A DNA stretch of 36,593 bases, from positions 1 through 36,593 of the forward strand of contig JBGOXY010000002.1 in NCBI GenBank assembly GCA_041479415.1, in the 5' to 3' direction. The notes beneath the pieces were generated by a model, which saw nothing but the letters and a program-made list of their open reading frames with translations, ran no database searches and was not told the origin of the DNA. The DNA comes from Anaerolineae bacterium. GTDB lineage: Bacteria > Chloroflexota > Anaerolineae > Anaerolineales > RBG-16-64-43. A program made the translations under genes and the position numbers. Shown here piece by piece: positions 1 to 8,664 of this stretch. The stretch's first letter is position 1, and each line of letters starts with the position of its first letter.

Positions 1-8
1 AGGGGTGG

Positions 9-32
9 GGGCGAAAGCCGGTCGCCCTTTTT
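9..32 (+). terminator. Intrinsic-terminator-like hairpin plus T5 for a gene lying upstream of the window
   Basis: Stem GGGCGA (9-14) / TCGCCC (22-27), 7-nt loop, followed by TTTTT (28-32). The terminated gene is outside the window. Confidence 0.4.
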
Positions 33-201
33 CGCTTGGTCCCAGACAGGGACCCACGTCTGTTCTGCACACTGGATGATTCGCTCGCATGCGCGCGGCG
101 CAGGACATGCGTGACGGTGCCCAGGATTCCCGCTACAAACACGCGGAAATGTCGATCAAGGACCATCCACGGAGGGATGACGGGGTTATCCGAACGCGAG
201 T

Positions 202-223
202 GGGCTTCCCTGGTGGGAAGCCC
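202..223 (-). terminator. Hairpin 33 nt downstream of the rpoD stop (candidate terminator, no U-tract)
   Basis: GGGCTTCCC (202-210) / GGGAAGCCC (215-223), 9-bp perfect stem, 4-nt loop. No T-run follows on the minus strand, so the function is uncertain. Confidence 0.4.
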
Positions 224-255
224 TCGATGATTCGCGACCGACGAGGCACGACGGC

Positions 256-1905
256 CTAGCCCAGGTAATCGCGCAGCGTGCGGCTCGAGCGCGGGTGGCG
301 CAGTTTGCGCAGCGCCTTGGCCTCGATCTGACGCACTCGCTCGCGCGTGACCCCTAGCCGTTGGCCGACCTCTTCCAGCGTGTGGTCGCGCCCATCCACC
401 AAGCCGAAGCGTAATTCGAGCACCTGTCGCTCGCGCTCGTTGAGGAACGCCAGCGCGCTGTGGATCTGATCGCGCAGCAGCTCGCGCGAGGCCGCATCGA
501 GCGGGGTCACCACGCTTTCGTCCTCGATGAAATCACCGAGCATGCTGCTTTCCTCGGCTCCCACCGGCGTTTCGAGCGACATGGGCTCCTGAGCCAGGCG
601 CAGGATGCGCTCGACGCGCTCCACCGCACGGGTCAACTTCTGGCCCAGCGCCGGCGGCAGCCGATCATCGGTGGCACGCAGGCGCATGACCTCCGCCGTG
701 TCCGCCGCATCCAGGATGTCCATCTCCAGCGCCAGCTCTTCGCGCGTGGGTTCGCGTTCCAACGTCTGCACCAGGTGGCGCTGTGCGCGCATCAGGCGGT
801 TGATGGTTTCAACCATGTGCACCGGGATGCGGATGGTGCGCGCCTGATCGGCGATGGCGCGGCTGATGGCCTGGCGAATCCACCAGGTGGCATAGGTGGA
901 GAACTTGAAACCGCGGGTTGGGTCGAACTTCTCTACGGCGCGCAGAAGCCCCAGGTTGCCCTCCTGCACCAGGTCGAGAAAGGCAATGCCGCGGCCAATA
1001 TAACGTTTTGCCACACTGACCACCAGGCGCAGATTGGCGCGGATGAGCGCCTTGTGCGCCTCCTCGGCCCGTTGCTCGATCGGGCGCAGCTCCGTCTCCA
1101 GGTTGCCCACCGCGCCTGAGCTGCGCGCGGTCGGTTTGCGCTTGGGCAGCCACGTCTGAAAGGTGCTCTTGATCGGAGGCGTCTTGCGCGCTTTGAGCGC
1201 CACCTGCAGCTTGCGGGCCAGAGCCTCCGGCAGGAGATACAACGCCACGAACACGTCGAACGCGTTCTGGGCCACCTTGTTCCAGGACGGGTCGCGGCCC
1301 CATGGGCCCCGTTCGAGCCAGGTGCGCAGATAGGAGGGCGCGCTGTCTTGCCATGCTGCGCGCAGGTGGAAGGCTTCATCGAGGAGCGGGGCCAGTTCCG
1401 GCAACGGCTGGCCGAGGCGCCGCGCATCCTCGCGCAGGTGTTTCCAATCGCTGAGCAGGTCGCCGTACAATTCGAGCAGGAAGAGCGTGCCGGGCGGCAG
1501 GCTGCGTTTTCCCGGGCCCAGCGCCGTCAGCCGCTCGCGTAGGGCGCGCGCGCGGCGCAGAGCCAAGAGGCGCGCCGCCAACCAGGTCTCCTGATCCGCA
1601 TTGAGCAAGTGCACCTGGCCGATTTCACGCAGGTACATGCGCACCGGGTCGTCGGCCAACTCGATCGTTTCGAGGACCTCTTCGCCCTCGATCTCCTCGC
1701 CCAGGCTTTCATCTTCGAGGGTTTCCAGCTCCTCCTCGCCCACCTCTTCTTCGGCGCCGTCGGAGGGTATTTCCTCCTCCACCAACACGCTCTCGTCGAC
1801 CTCGGCGTCTTCCTCGACGGGTGCGCCTTCGGGTGCGGCGAAGTCGGGCAGCCCCTCCAGGTCGTCTATCTCGTGCGGCGCAGAGTCCGGCCGTTGTCGT
1901 GGCAT
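256..1905 (-). CDS. rpoD: RNA polymerase primary sigma factor (sigma-70 / RpoD family)
   Basis: 549 aa with a very acidic N-terminus. Canonical region 2 ([54 protein letters not shown]) and region 4 ([29 protein letters not shown]). The ATG at 1905 abuts the dnaG stop (1906-1908), with GGAGG 8 nt upstream. Confidence 0.95.
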   Translation of the reverse strand: MPRQRPDSAPHEIDDLEGLPDFAAPEGAPVEEDAEVDESVLVEEEIPSDGAEEEVGEEELETLEDESLGEEIEGEEVLETIELADDPVRMYLREIGQVHLLNADQETWLAARLLALRRARALRERLTALGPGKRSLPPGTLFLLELYGDLLSDWKHLREDARRLGQPLPELAPLLDEAFHLRAAWQDSAPSYLRTWLERGPWGRDPSWNKVAQNAFDVFVALYLLPEALARKLQVALKARKTPPIKSTFQTWLPKRKPTARSSGAVGNLETELRPIEQRAEEAHKALIRANLRLVVSVAKRYIGRGIAFLDLVQEGNLGLLRAVEKFDPTRGFKFSTYATWWIRQAISRAIADQARTIRIPVHMVETINRLMRAQRHLVQTLEREPTREELALEMDILDAADTAEVMRLRATDDRLPPALGQKLTRAVERVERILRLAQEPMSLETPVGAEESSMLGDFIEDESVVTPLDAASRELLRDQIHSALAFLNERERQVLELRFGLVDGRDHTLEEVGQRLGVTRERVRQIEAKALRKLRHPRSSRTLRDYLG

Positions 1906-3885
1906 TCAGAATGCCTCCACCCCACCCTCACGGGATGCGGGCCGCGTCGTGGGCAGCGCGGGCAGGCCTCGAGCCAGGGCGATAGTGATTCGCAAGATGT
2001 TTTCGCTAATCGCCTTCATGCGTTCCAGCGGCGCCTCGCCCGGCTCCGCTGCGGCCGCCGGCACACCGCTCTCTTCCGACTGGGCTTCCTTCTCGAGGAT
2101 GTAAAAACGCAACTCGCCCAGCTTGCGCTCCAGCGCCTGTTGTCGCAGGCGCAGGAGACCTCCCAGCACATCATCCGCATCAGCCTCTTCGCCGGCCTGG
2201 AAGCGCTCGAGACTCGCGCGGGCCGCGGCCAGCGCCTCGGGCGCTTCTTGCGCGGCATGCGTTTCGATGAAGATGGCCGGGTCGGTTTCCTCCTGCGAGA
2301 GCGAGCGCTGGATGATCTCCAGCAGCCACTGACTCTCGGAGGTGGTGAGATCCTCTGGCCCGGGCCGCGCCAGCCCCAGTTCACCGAAGATGCGGTTGGC
2401 GCGAAACAGCAGCAGCGGTTGGCGCACAAGCGCTCCCAGGCAGAAGGCCTCGCGGCTGGAGGCCTTGGCCGCCATCCCCGCAGCCGGTGCGGCGGGCGCC
2501 GAGGGTGCCTCGCCGCGGCCGCCGCGCATCGTACTGCGGCGAGCCGGGCGCCGCCCGGGCGCAGCCTGCAACGACGCCAACTCCACTCGCAGCAATCGCG
2601 CCAGTTGCTGGCGATAAGCATCCCGCTCCACCGGGTCGGCGACGTCTTCAATGAGCGGCAGGATGCGCGCCGCGACCTCCGCCTTGACTTTGGCCTCGTT
2701 CAGGTTTCTGCCCTGGGTAATGACTCCCAGCACGTGCTCCACGACCGGCCGCGCCTCGGCAATGCGCTGACGCCAGGCCTCACGGTCTTGCAGGATGAGT
2801 TCATCCGGATCGAGCCCGGCCGGCAAAGTCGCCACGCGCAGGTCGGCTTGCAGCCTTCCTTCGAAACGAACCAATCCGCGCGCATCGAAGACGGGCTCGC
2901 CTTCGCGCTCGAGCGTCTCGCGCGCCAGGTCCAGGCCGCGCAGGGCGGCCGCGTCGCCAGCCGAATCGGCGTCCAATGCCAGGACAATACGTCGCGCATG
3001 GCGCTTGAGCATCCGCAGCTGGGCCTCGGTGAGGGCCGTGCCCATCGGCGAGACCACGTTAAGGAAGCCAGCCTGATGCGCAGTCATCACGTCGAGATAG
3101 CCCTCGACAATGACCGCCTCCTCTTGGGCGCGGATGGCGCGCGCGGCGCGATCCAGCCCGTACAACAGGTGGCCCTTATCGAAGATCGGCGACTGGGGCG
3201 AATTGAGAAACTTGGGCACGTCGTTGGGGTCGACGATACGTGCGCCGAAGCCGCACATCCGCCCGCGATTATCACGGATGGGGATGGTGATGCGGTTGTG
3301 GAAGCGGTCGCGCAGCCCGCCACCCTCGGGCGTGACCACCACCCCGGCCTGCTGGAGATCGTCGTCGGTGTAGCCCTTGCCGCGAAAATAGGACAGGCCG
3401 TGTTCGCGCCCGGCCGGGGCCAGCCCAACCTGGAAGGCTTCCAGGGTCTCGTCCGCGAGACCGCGCCCATGCAGGTAATCCCTCACCGTGGCACCGGCGG
3501 TGGAGGTAAGCAAGTAGTTGCGATAGTAGGTGGCGGCCAGTTCCAAGAGGCCGCGAAGATGTTCGTAGGTTTCCTCCGCCCGCTGCTCATCGGCCGAGCG
3601 CGGATGAAGTTCGATACCGGCGCGCGTCGCAAGCTGGCGCAGCGCCTCGGGGAAATCCCAGCCCTCTTTCTTCATGACGAACTTAAAGAGGTCGCCGCCC
3701 TCGTTGCACGCGCCGAAGCAGCGCCAGGTGCCGCTCTCGGGGAAGACCACAAAGGCCGGGGTGTGAACGTTGGGGTGAAAGGGACAGAACCCGATGTAGT
3801 TCTTGCCGGTGCGCCGCAGTCGGACGCTCTCGCTCACCAGCTCGACGATGTCGAGGCGTGCCTTGATGTCATCAACGGCGGTCAT
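1906..3885 (-). CDS. dnaG: DNA primase
   Basis: CHC2 zinc finger (CPFHPNVHTPAFVVFPESGTWRCFGAC) and a TOPRIM segment (VIVEGYLDVMTAHQAGF ... LALDADSAGDAA). I moved the start from the ORF-track 4008 to the ATG at 3885 (MTAVDDIKARLDIVELV), a typical primase N-terminus. The 41 upstream codons overlap a 17-bp hairpin. Confidence 0.92.
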   Translation of the reverse strand: MTAVDDIKARLDIVELVSESVRLRRTGKNYIGFCPFHPNVHTPAFVVFPESGTWRCFGACNEGGDLFKFVMKKEGWDFPEALRQLATRAGIELHPRSADEQRAEETYEHLRGLLELAATYYRNYLLTSTAGATVRDYLHGRGLADETLEAFQVGLAPAGREHGLSYFRGKGYTDDDLQQAGVVVTPEGGGLRDRFHNRITIPIRDNRGRMCGFGARIVDPNDVPKFLNSPQSPIFDKGHLLYGLDRAARAIRAQEEAVIVEGYLDVMTAHQAGFLNVVSPMGTALTEAQLRMLKRHARRIVLALDADSAGDAAALRGLDLARETLEREGEPVFDARGLVRFEGRLQADLRVATLPAGLDPDELILQDREAWRQRIAEARPVVEHVLGVITQGRNLNEAKVKAEVAARILPLIEDVADPVERDAYRQQLARLLRVELASLQAAPGRRPARRSTMRGGRGEAPSAPAAPAAGMAAKASSREAFCLGALVRQPLLLFRANRIFGELGLARPGPEDLTTSESQWLLEIIQRSLSQEETDPAIFIETHAAQEAPEALAAARASLERFQAGEEADADDVLGGLLRLRQQALERKLGELRFYILEKEAQSEESGVPAAAAEPGEAPLERMKAISENILRITIALARGLPALPTTRPASREGGVEAF

Positions 3886-3970
3886 CAGCTCTCTCTTGGG
3901 TGATGCCCGAGGGATTATACCCGCATCGCCAGCCGTATCGTGCACACCAGCGAATTCCATCTGCGCACGG

Positions 3971-4009
3971 AATGCCAGCGGCGGCGCCTCGTGCGCCGCC
4001 GCTGGCATT
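3971..4009 (-). terminator. Perfect 17-bp hairpin between the NBR1-like gene and dnaG (candidate terminator or insulator)
   Basis: AATGCCAGCGGCGGCGC (3971-3987), loop CTCGT, GCGCCGCCGCTGGCATT (3993-4009). It starts 24 nt downstream of the 4033 stop on the minus strand. No U-tract. Confidence 0.45.
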
Positions 4010-4032
4010 GCTGCTCCACAGCCGAGGCATCT

Positions 4033-4713
4033 TCAGGGAACAAAGATGCTTCCGCGCAGTGGCTTGTCGCCTCGCCCGCCCACGCCGAACTTGCTTCCAT
4101 CCGGCGCCTGCAGCATCCAGTAGCTGGTATGGGTCCCGCCCTCGTAGGGAGCGATCATGATCACGCCGATAAACATGTGATCGCCGGGCGGCACCTCTTT
4201 GGGGAAGGCCACCCAGTTGGCACCGCTCATGTGCTCGCCGCCGTAGAAGACCAGGCGGTAATCCCGAGTCCAGGTGCAGGTGCCGATATTGCGCACGTCC
4301 CACACTTTCTTAAAGGTTTCCGCCACACCCACCGGCGCACCATCGCCCAGACCCACATAGCCGACGAAGTAGGCCGCGTTGCACAGTTGCTCGAGCGGTG
4401 CGGCAGGGTTCGCTCCCGGCGTGCCGTAGGGTGCCCGCGTCAGCGAGTAGGTGGCGGAACCCTGCGGCGTTTCGCTGGGTGCAGTCGCGGAGGCCATTGG
4501 CTCGCTCACCCCGGGCGTCGTCCTCGCCAGCGCAGTGGTTAGCGCGGCCAGTGTGCCTGCCTCCGATTGCGTGGGTGCCGCCGCGGGTGGAGGCGTGGCC
4601 TGCGAAGCCGGCGCGCGCTGCAGTACCCCAGCTAAGTTGCATGCGAGCAGCGCGGCCGCGGCCACGGTCAATGGGAGGAGATTGCGAGTTCGATGATGGA
4701 ATGGCATCGGCAT
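4033..4713 (-). CDS. Secreted lipoprotein with a C-terminal NBR1-like (N_BRCA1_IG / FW-type) Ig domain
   Basis: Lipobox LLAC after a basic N-terminus (MPMPFHHRTRNLLPLTVAAAALLAC). C-terminal motif ETFKKVWDVRNIGTCTW ... YWMLQAPDGSKFG is typical of the NBR1-like domain. Start set at ATG 4713 (GAGG 4 nt upstream); ATG 4707 is an alternative. Confidence 0.72.
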   Translation of the reverse strand: MPMPFHHRTRNLLPLTVAAAALLACNLAGVLQRAPASQATPPPAAAPTQSEAGTLAALTTALARTTPGVSEPMASATAPSETPQGSATYSLTRAPYGTPGANPAAPLEQLCNAAYFVGYVGLGDGAPVGVAETFKKVWDVRNIGTCTWTRDYRLVFYGGEHMSGANWVAFPKEVPPGDHMFIGVIMIAPYEGGTHTSYWMLQAPDGSKFGVGGRGDKPLRGSIFVP

Positions 4714-5097
4714 GAGCCTCGACGCAGCACAAGGTGTGTGTGCGATTATACCCAGCCGCGAGCGACTTCTCGGCGCCGGTTCAGCGCGGCTCGTCTGATA
4801 CACGGGCATGCTGCCCCCTCCATCGTGATCGGCAGGGCCTAATTGGGATATCGCACACGCGTTGCACCCTCACGCGCTACGCCGCGGTATCCGCTGTGGA
4901 ATGGATCATCGCATGCCATGGCCCGCCTCGCTCGTCATCCAACCTTGCCGCGCGCTCTCGCCTTCGGCGGCCTTTCGATCGTGCGCCAGGCGTGGCGGAG
5001 TTTCCTCTGCCGCACGCCACGAGGTCCCTTCGCGGACTCACAGGTAAGGCATGACCACACCGCACGCTCGCACCGGTCATGCCCCGCCGCCCCTCCT

Positions 5098-5136
5098 CCA
5101 AAAGAAATCCCTCCCGCGCTGGTCATCGGGAGGGAT
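5098..5136 (-). terminator. Intrinsic terminator of the second NBR1-like gene
   Basis: ATCCCTCCCG (5107-5116) / CGGGAGGGAT (5127-5136), 10-bp stem. On the minus strand it is followed by TTCTTTTGG. It starts 27 nt after the 5164 stop. Confidence 0.6.
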
Positions 5137-5163
5137 GGAAAGGCAAAGGCTGTGCTCGTTGGC

Positions 5164-5835
5164 TCAGGGGACCACGATCTTCACCGTGAGCGGTGTCAGG
5201 CCGTTATCGCCCACGCCGAACTTGCTGCCGTCGGGCGCCTGCAACATCCAGTAGCCGATGTAGGTGCCCGACTTGGCCGGGGTGATCATCGTCACCGAGA
5301 GGAACAGATGGTCGCCGGGTTCGACGATCTCCGGGAAGCGCGCGGAGTTCGGGCCGTCCATGTGTTTGCCGCCGTTAAAGACCAGGTGGTACTCGCGGCT
5401 CCAGGTGCAGGTGCCGATGTTGCGCACGTCCCATGTCTTGCGGAAGGTTTCGCCGGCGGGGAGCACCGTGCCGTCCTTGAGCCCGATATCGCCGACGAAG
5501 AAGGCTGCGTTGCAGAATGTGGTCAGGGTCGGGTGTACGCCGGGCGTGCCGTAGAAGGCCGGGGTGAAGATGAGCGAGGCCGTGGCACTCGGCAGCAGCG
5601 GCACGGGCAGGGTGGCGGTGGCCGGCGGAAGGGTTGCGGTGGGCGGCGGCAGCGCCACGGTTGCGGTGGAGGTGGCGGCCAGCGCCACCTGAGTGAGCAT
5701 GGCTTGAACCGTTTGCGCAGCCTGAGTGGCCAGCGGCACCTCGGTGACAGCGGGCGCACCCGTGCTGCAGCCGGCCAGGACGAGCGACGCGGCCAGCACA
5801 GTCAACGCCAGGGTGCGCAAGGTGTGGGATGTCAT
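5164..5835 (-). CDS. Secreted lipoprotein with a C-terminal NBR1-like Ig domain (paralog of 4033-4713)
   Basis: MTSHTLRTLALTVLAASLVLAGC lipobox. C-terminal ETFRKTWDVRNIGTCTW ... YWMLQAPDGSKFG. Start set at ATG 5835, preceded by GAGGAGG. Confidence 0.78.
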   Translation of the reverse strand: MTSHTLRTLALTVLAASLVLAGCSTGAPAVTEVPLATQAAQTVQAMLTQVALAATSTATVALPPPTATLPPATATLPVPLLPSATASLIFTPAFYGTPGVHPTLTTFCNAAFFVGDIGLKDGTVLPAGETFRKTWDVRNIGTCTWSREYHLVFNGGKHMDGPNSARFPEIVEPGDHLFLSVTMITPAKSGTYIGYWMLQAPDGSKFGVGDNGLTPLTVKIVVP

Positions 5836-5886
5836 TCGGTCCTCCTCGTGCTTGGGTGTGCGGCGCATGGGCCGTTGCGGCCCGCC

Positions 5887-8391
5887 TCACGCCGCACCGA
5901 GCGCCTCCGGCTCGCCCTCCTGTTGCGGCGAGGGCTCACTCTCGGCCGCCTGAGGCTCGATCATCAGTTTGTCGTCGCGCAGCGCGATGGTCACCGTCTG
6001 ATCGTCGTGGATGCGGCCTTCGAGCATAGCCTCCGAGAGCATATCCTCCACTTCGGTCTGGATGACGCGCCGCAGCGGGCGGGCGCCCATCTCCGGGTTG
6101 TAACCCAGATCCGCCAGGCGTGCCTGGGCCTCGGGCGTCGCGCTCAAGGTGATGTGATGCTCCACCAGGCGCTGTGCCACTTTGGCGATCTCCAGGTTGA
6201 CGATCTGGGTGATGTCGTCCTTATCCAGCGCGCGGAACACGATCACCGCATCGACCCGGTTGAGGAACTCGGGGCGGAAGGCGCGGCGCAGCTCCTCGAG
6301 CAGCTTCTTGCGCATCTCGTCGTAGGGCGCCACCTCGCCGCGGGTCTCATCGCGCTGGATGGCAAAGCCCAGCCCGGCCTGGCGGCGGATGGTCTCGGCG
6401 CCCACGTTGGAGGTCATGACGATCATCGCGTTCTGGAAGTTGACCTTGTGGCCGCGTGCATCCGAGAGGTGCCCCTCTTCCATGATCTGCAGGAGCATGT
6501 TGTGCGCCTCGGGGTGCGCCTTCTCGATCTCGTCGAAGACGACGATCGAATACGGCCTCCGGCGCAGTGCTTCGGTCAGCTGCCCGGCATCGTCGTAGCC
6601 CACGTAGCCCGGGGGCGCGCCGACCAGGCGGCTCACCGTGTGGCGCTCCATGAACTCCGACATGTCGAGCTGCACCAGCGCGTCTTCCGAACCGAACATG
6701 AAGGCGGCCAGGGCTTTGGTGAGTTCGGTCTTGCCCACGCCGGTCGGCCCGAGGAAGATGAACGAGCCGATCGGGCGGCGCGGGTCCTTGAGCCCGGCGC
6801 GCGCCCGGCGCACAGCCTTGGAGATAGCCAGGATGGCTTCATCCTGCCCAATGATGCGCCCGCGCAGCGTTTCTTCCATCTTCATTAGGCGTGCCGACTC
6901 GGCTTCCGCGAGCTGCATCACCGGGATGCCGGTCCACATCGAGACCACTTCGGCGACATCTTCGGGCACCACGCGCGGGCCTTTATCGCGGTCGGCCATG
7001 ACCAGCTGCAGTTCCTGTCGCGACCGCTCCAGCTCGTTCTCCCGGTCCTGGATTTCCTCGGCGGCCTCGTAACGTCCTTCTTCGGCCGCCGTGGCACGTT
7101 CGGCCCGCAGGCGTCGCAGCTCGCCCATGATCTCCTTCAGGCGTTTGGCCTCCGGGCTCTTGTACATGCGCACGCGCGAAGCCGTTTCGTCGATCAGGTC
7201 GATCGCCTTATCCGGCAAAAAGCGATCGGGCACGTAGCGCCCGGAGAGGCGGGCGGCAGCTTCGAGCGCCTCGTCGGTGATCCGCAGGCGGTGGTGGTCC
7301 TCGTAGTTGCGGCGCACGCCGCGCAGGATCTGGATCGATTCCTCCACCGAGGGCTCCTCGACCATCACCGGCTGGAAGCGGCGCTCGAGGGCCGCATCGC
7401 TCTCGATGTGCTTGCGGTATTCGGTGAGGGTGGTCGCGCCGATCACCTGCAGCTCGCCGCGCGAGAGGGCCGGCTTGAGTATGTTGGCCGCATCAACCGA
7501 CGAGCCGGCTGCGCCGGCGCCCACCAGCATGTGGACCTCATCGATGAAGAGAATTGCGCCCGAGGCCTTCAGCTCGTCGATGACGCGCTTCAGGCGTTCC
7601 TCGAATTGGCCGCGGTACATGGTGCCGGCCACCAGCGAACCCACGTCGAGCTGCAAGAGGCGCTTGCCCATGAGCGGCGCGGGCACATCGTTGGTGACAA
7701 TGCGCTGTGCCAGGCCTTCCACGATGGCCGTCTTGCCCACCCCGGGCTCGCCGATGAGGGCCGGGTTGTTCTTGGTGCGGCGGGCGAGGATCTGAATGAC
7801 CCGTTCGATTTCGGTTTCGCGTCCGACGACCGGGTCGAGCTTGTTCTCCTCGGCCAGCGTGGTCAGGTCGGTGGCCAGTTGATCGACCAAGGGTGTCTTG
7901 GCTTTGTCGGCCTTGGCGCCGGCCGCGGCCGGCTGGCGTGCCTGGGCCGGGGCTTCCTGCAGCAGGCGGCGCGTCTGGCGGCGAACCTGTTCCGGGCTGA
8001 CCCCCAGGCGGCGCAACACGTCGATGGCCACGCCCTCCGGCTGGCGCACGATGCCCAGCAACAGGTGTTCGGTGCCGATGTAGTGATGGCCGAGGCGGCG
8101 CGCCTCGTCGATGGCCAGTTGCAGCACCTGTTCCGTATCGGGCGAGAGATCGATGCGTTCGGGGGTGGTGCGACCCGGCACGGATTGGCGCTCGACCATT
8201 TCCTGGACGCGCTCGGGCTCCAATCCCAGCTCGCGCAGCACGCGTCCGGCCACACCGCCTTCCTCGCGGATGAGGCCGAGCAACAGGTGCTCGGTGCCGA
8301 TTGTCGGGTGATGCAGTCGCTCAGCCTCTTGATGGGCTAGGCTGAGAACACGTCGTGCGCGCTGAGTAAAGCGTTCTAAGTTGTCGGCCAC
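5887..8391 (-). CDS. clpC: ATP-dependent Clp protease ATP-binding subunit ClpC (class I AAA+)
   Basis: 834 aa. Duplicated Clp_N repeats at the N-terminus, Walker A motifs GEPGVGKT and GPTGVGKT, and a UVR-like linker between the AAA+ modules. GTG start at 8391 preceded by GGAGAGGAAGG. Confidence 0.92.
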   Translation of the reverse strand: MADNLERFTQRARRVLSLAHQEAERLHHPTIGTEHLLLGLIREEGGVAGRVLRELGLEPERVQEMVERQSVPGRTTPERIDLSPDTEQVLQLAIDEARRLGHHYIGTEHLLLGIVRQPEGVAIDVLRRLGVSPEQVRRQTRRLLQEAPAQARQPAAAGAKADKAKTPLVDQLATDLTTLAEENKLDPVVGRETEIERVIQILARRTKNNPALIGEPGVGKTAIVEGLAQRIVTNDVPAPLMGKRLLQLDVGSLVAGTMYRGQFEERLKRVIDELKASGAILFIDEVHMLVGAGAAGSSVDAANILKPALSRGELQVIGATTLTEYRKHIESDAALERRFQPVMVEEPSVEESIQILRGVRRNYEDHHRLRITDEALEAAARLSGRYVPDRFLPDKAIDLIDETASRVRMYKSPEAKRLKEIMGELRRLRAERATAAEEGRYEAAEEIQDRENELERSRQELQLVMADRDKGPRVVPEDVAEVVSMWTGIPVMQLAEAESARLMKMEETLRGRIIGQDEAILAISKAVRRARAGLKDPRRPIGSFIFLGPTGVGKTELTKALAAFMFGSEDALVQLDMSEFMERHTVSRLVGAPPGYVGYDDAGQLTEALRRRPYSIVVFDEIEKAHPEAHNMLLQIMEEGHLSDARGHKVNFQNAMIVMTSNVGAETIRRQAGLGFAIQRDETRGEVAPYDEMRKKLLEELRRAFRPEFLNRVDAVIVFRALDKDDITQIVNLEIAKVAQRLVEHHITLSATPEAQARLADLGYNPEMGARPLRRVIQTEVEDMLSEAMLEGRIHDDQTVTIALRDDKLMIEPQAAESEPSPQQEGEPEALGAA

Positions 8392-8528
8392 GTGGGCCTT
8401 CCTCTCCTGGATTCAGGCTCCACAGCCCGAATCGTTTACCTCGCCAGGGATTCTACCAAATCCGCCTAGGGCAATCCAGAAAGGGCTGGCGACCGCAACA
8501 ACGACTGCACATTGTATTGTCCGCCTTC

Positions 8529-8558
8529 CGTAGGGGCGACCGGCTGGCCGCCCCTACG
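8529..8558. repeat. REP-like GC-rich palindromic hairpin (GTAGGGGCGACC...CGCCCCTAC)
   Basis: CGTAGGGGCG (8529-8538) pairs with CGCCCCTACG (8549-8558). Shares the 12-mer GGGCGACCGGCT (8534-8545) with the reverse complement of 16-27. Confidence 0.5.
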
Positions 8559-8616
8559 ACGGTCGTCGACATGCGCGTTCCGTTCGCAGGCGCGCACCCG
8601 GATTCCGCTGCCTATC

Positions 8617-8628
8617 TTACAATTGTAA
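8617..8628 (+). promoter_or_regulatory. 12-bp perfect AT-rich palindrome TTACAATTGTAA upstream of the GH13 gene (candidate operator and/or -10 TACAAT)
   Basis: Perfect inverted repeat ending 36 nt before the ATG at 8665. It contains TACAAT (8618-8623) and is one of the few AT-rich spots in the window. Confidence 0.35.
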
Positions 8629-8664
8629 ACGTCGTTTTCGCACTTTGCAGGATGTGGAGGACCC

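Noticed and set aside
36-230. 64-aa ORF at the window start
   Set aside because: It has no SD and no motif. It lies in the region downstream of rpoD that contains terminator-like hairpins, and its composition looks non-coding.
1609-3903. 764-aa ORF on the plus strand (with many nested plus-strand ORFs in 460-4160)
   Set aside because: It is antisense to dnaG and rpoD, which both have unmistakable family motifs. The translation is Arg/Ala/Gly/Leu-rich low-complexity sequence with no motif, the usual stop-poor antisense frame of GC-rich DNA.
4843-6888. 681-aa plus-strand ORF spanning the second NBR1-like gene and the clpC 3' end
   Set aside because: It is antisense to two well-supported genes and crosses their intergenic gap. 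It has no SD or family motif and a GC-artefact composition.
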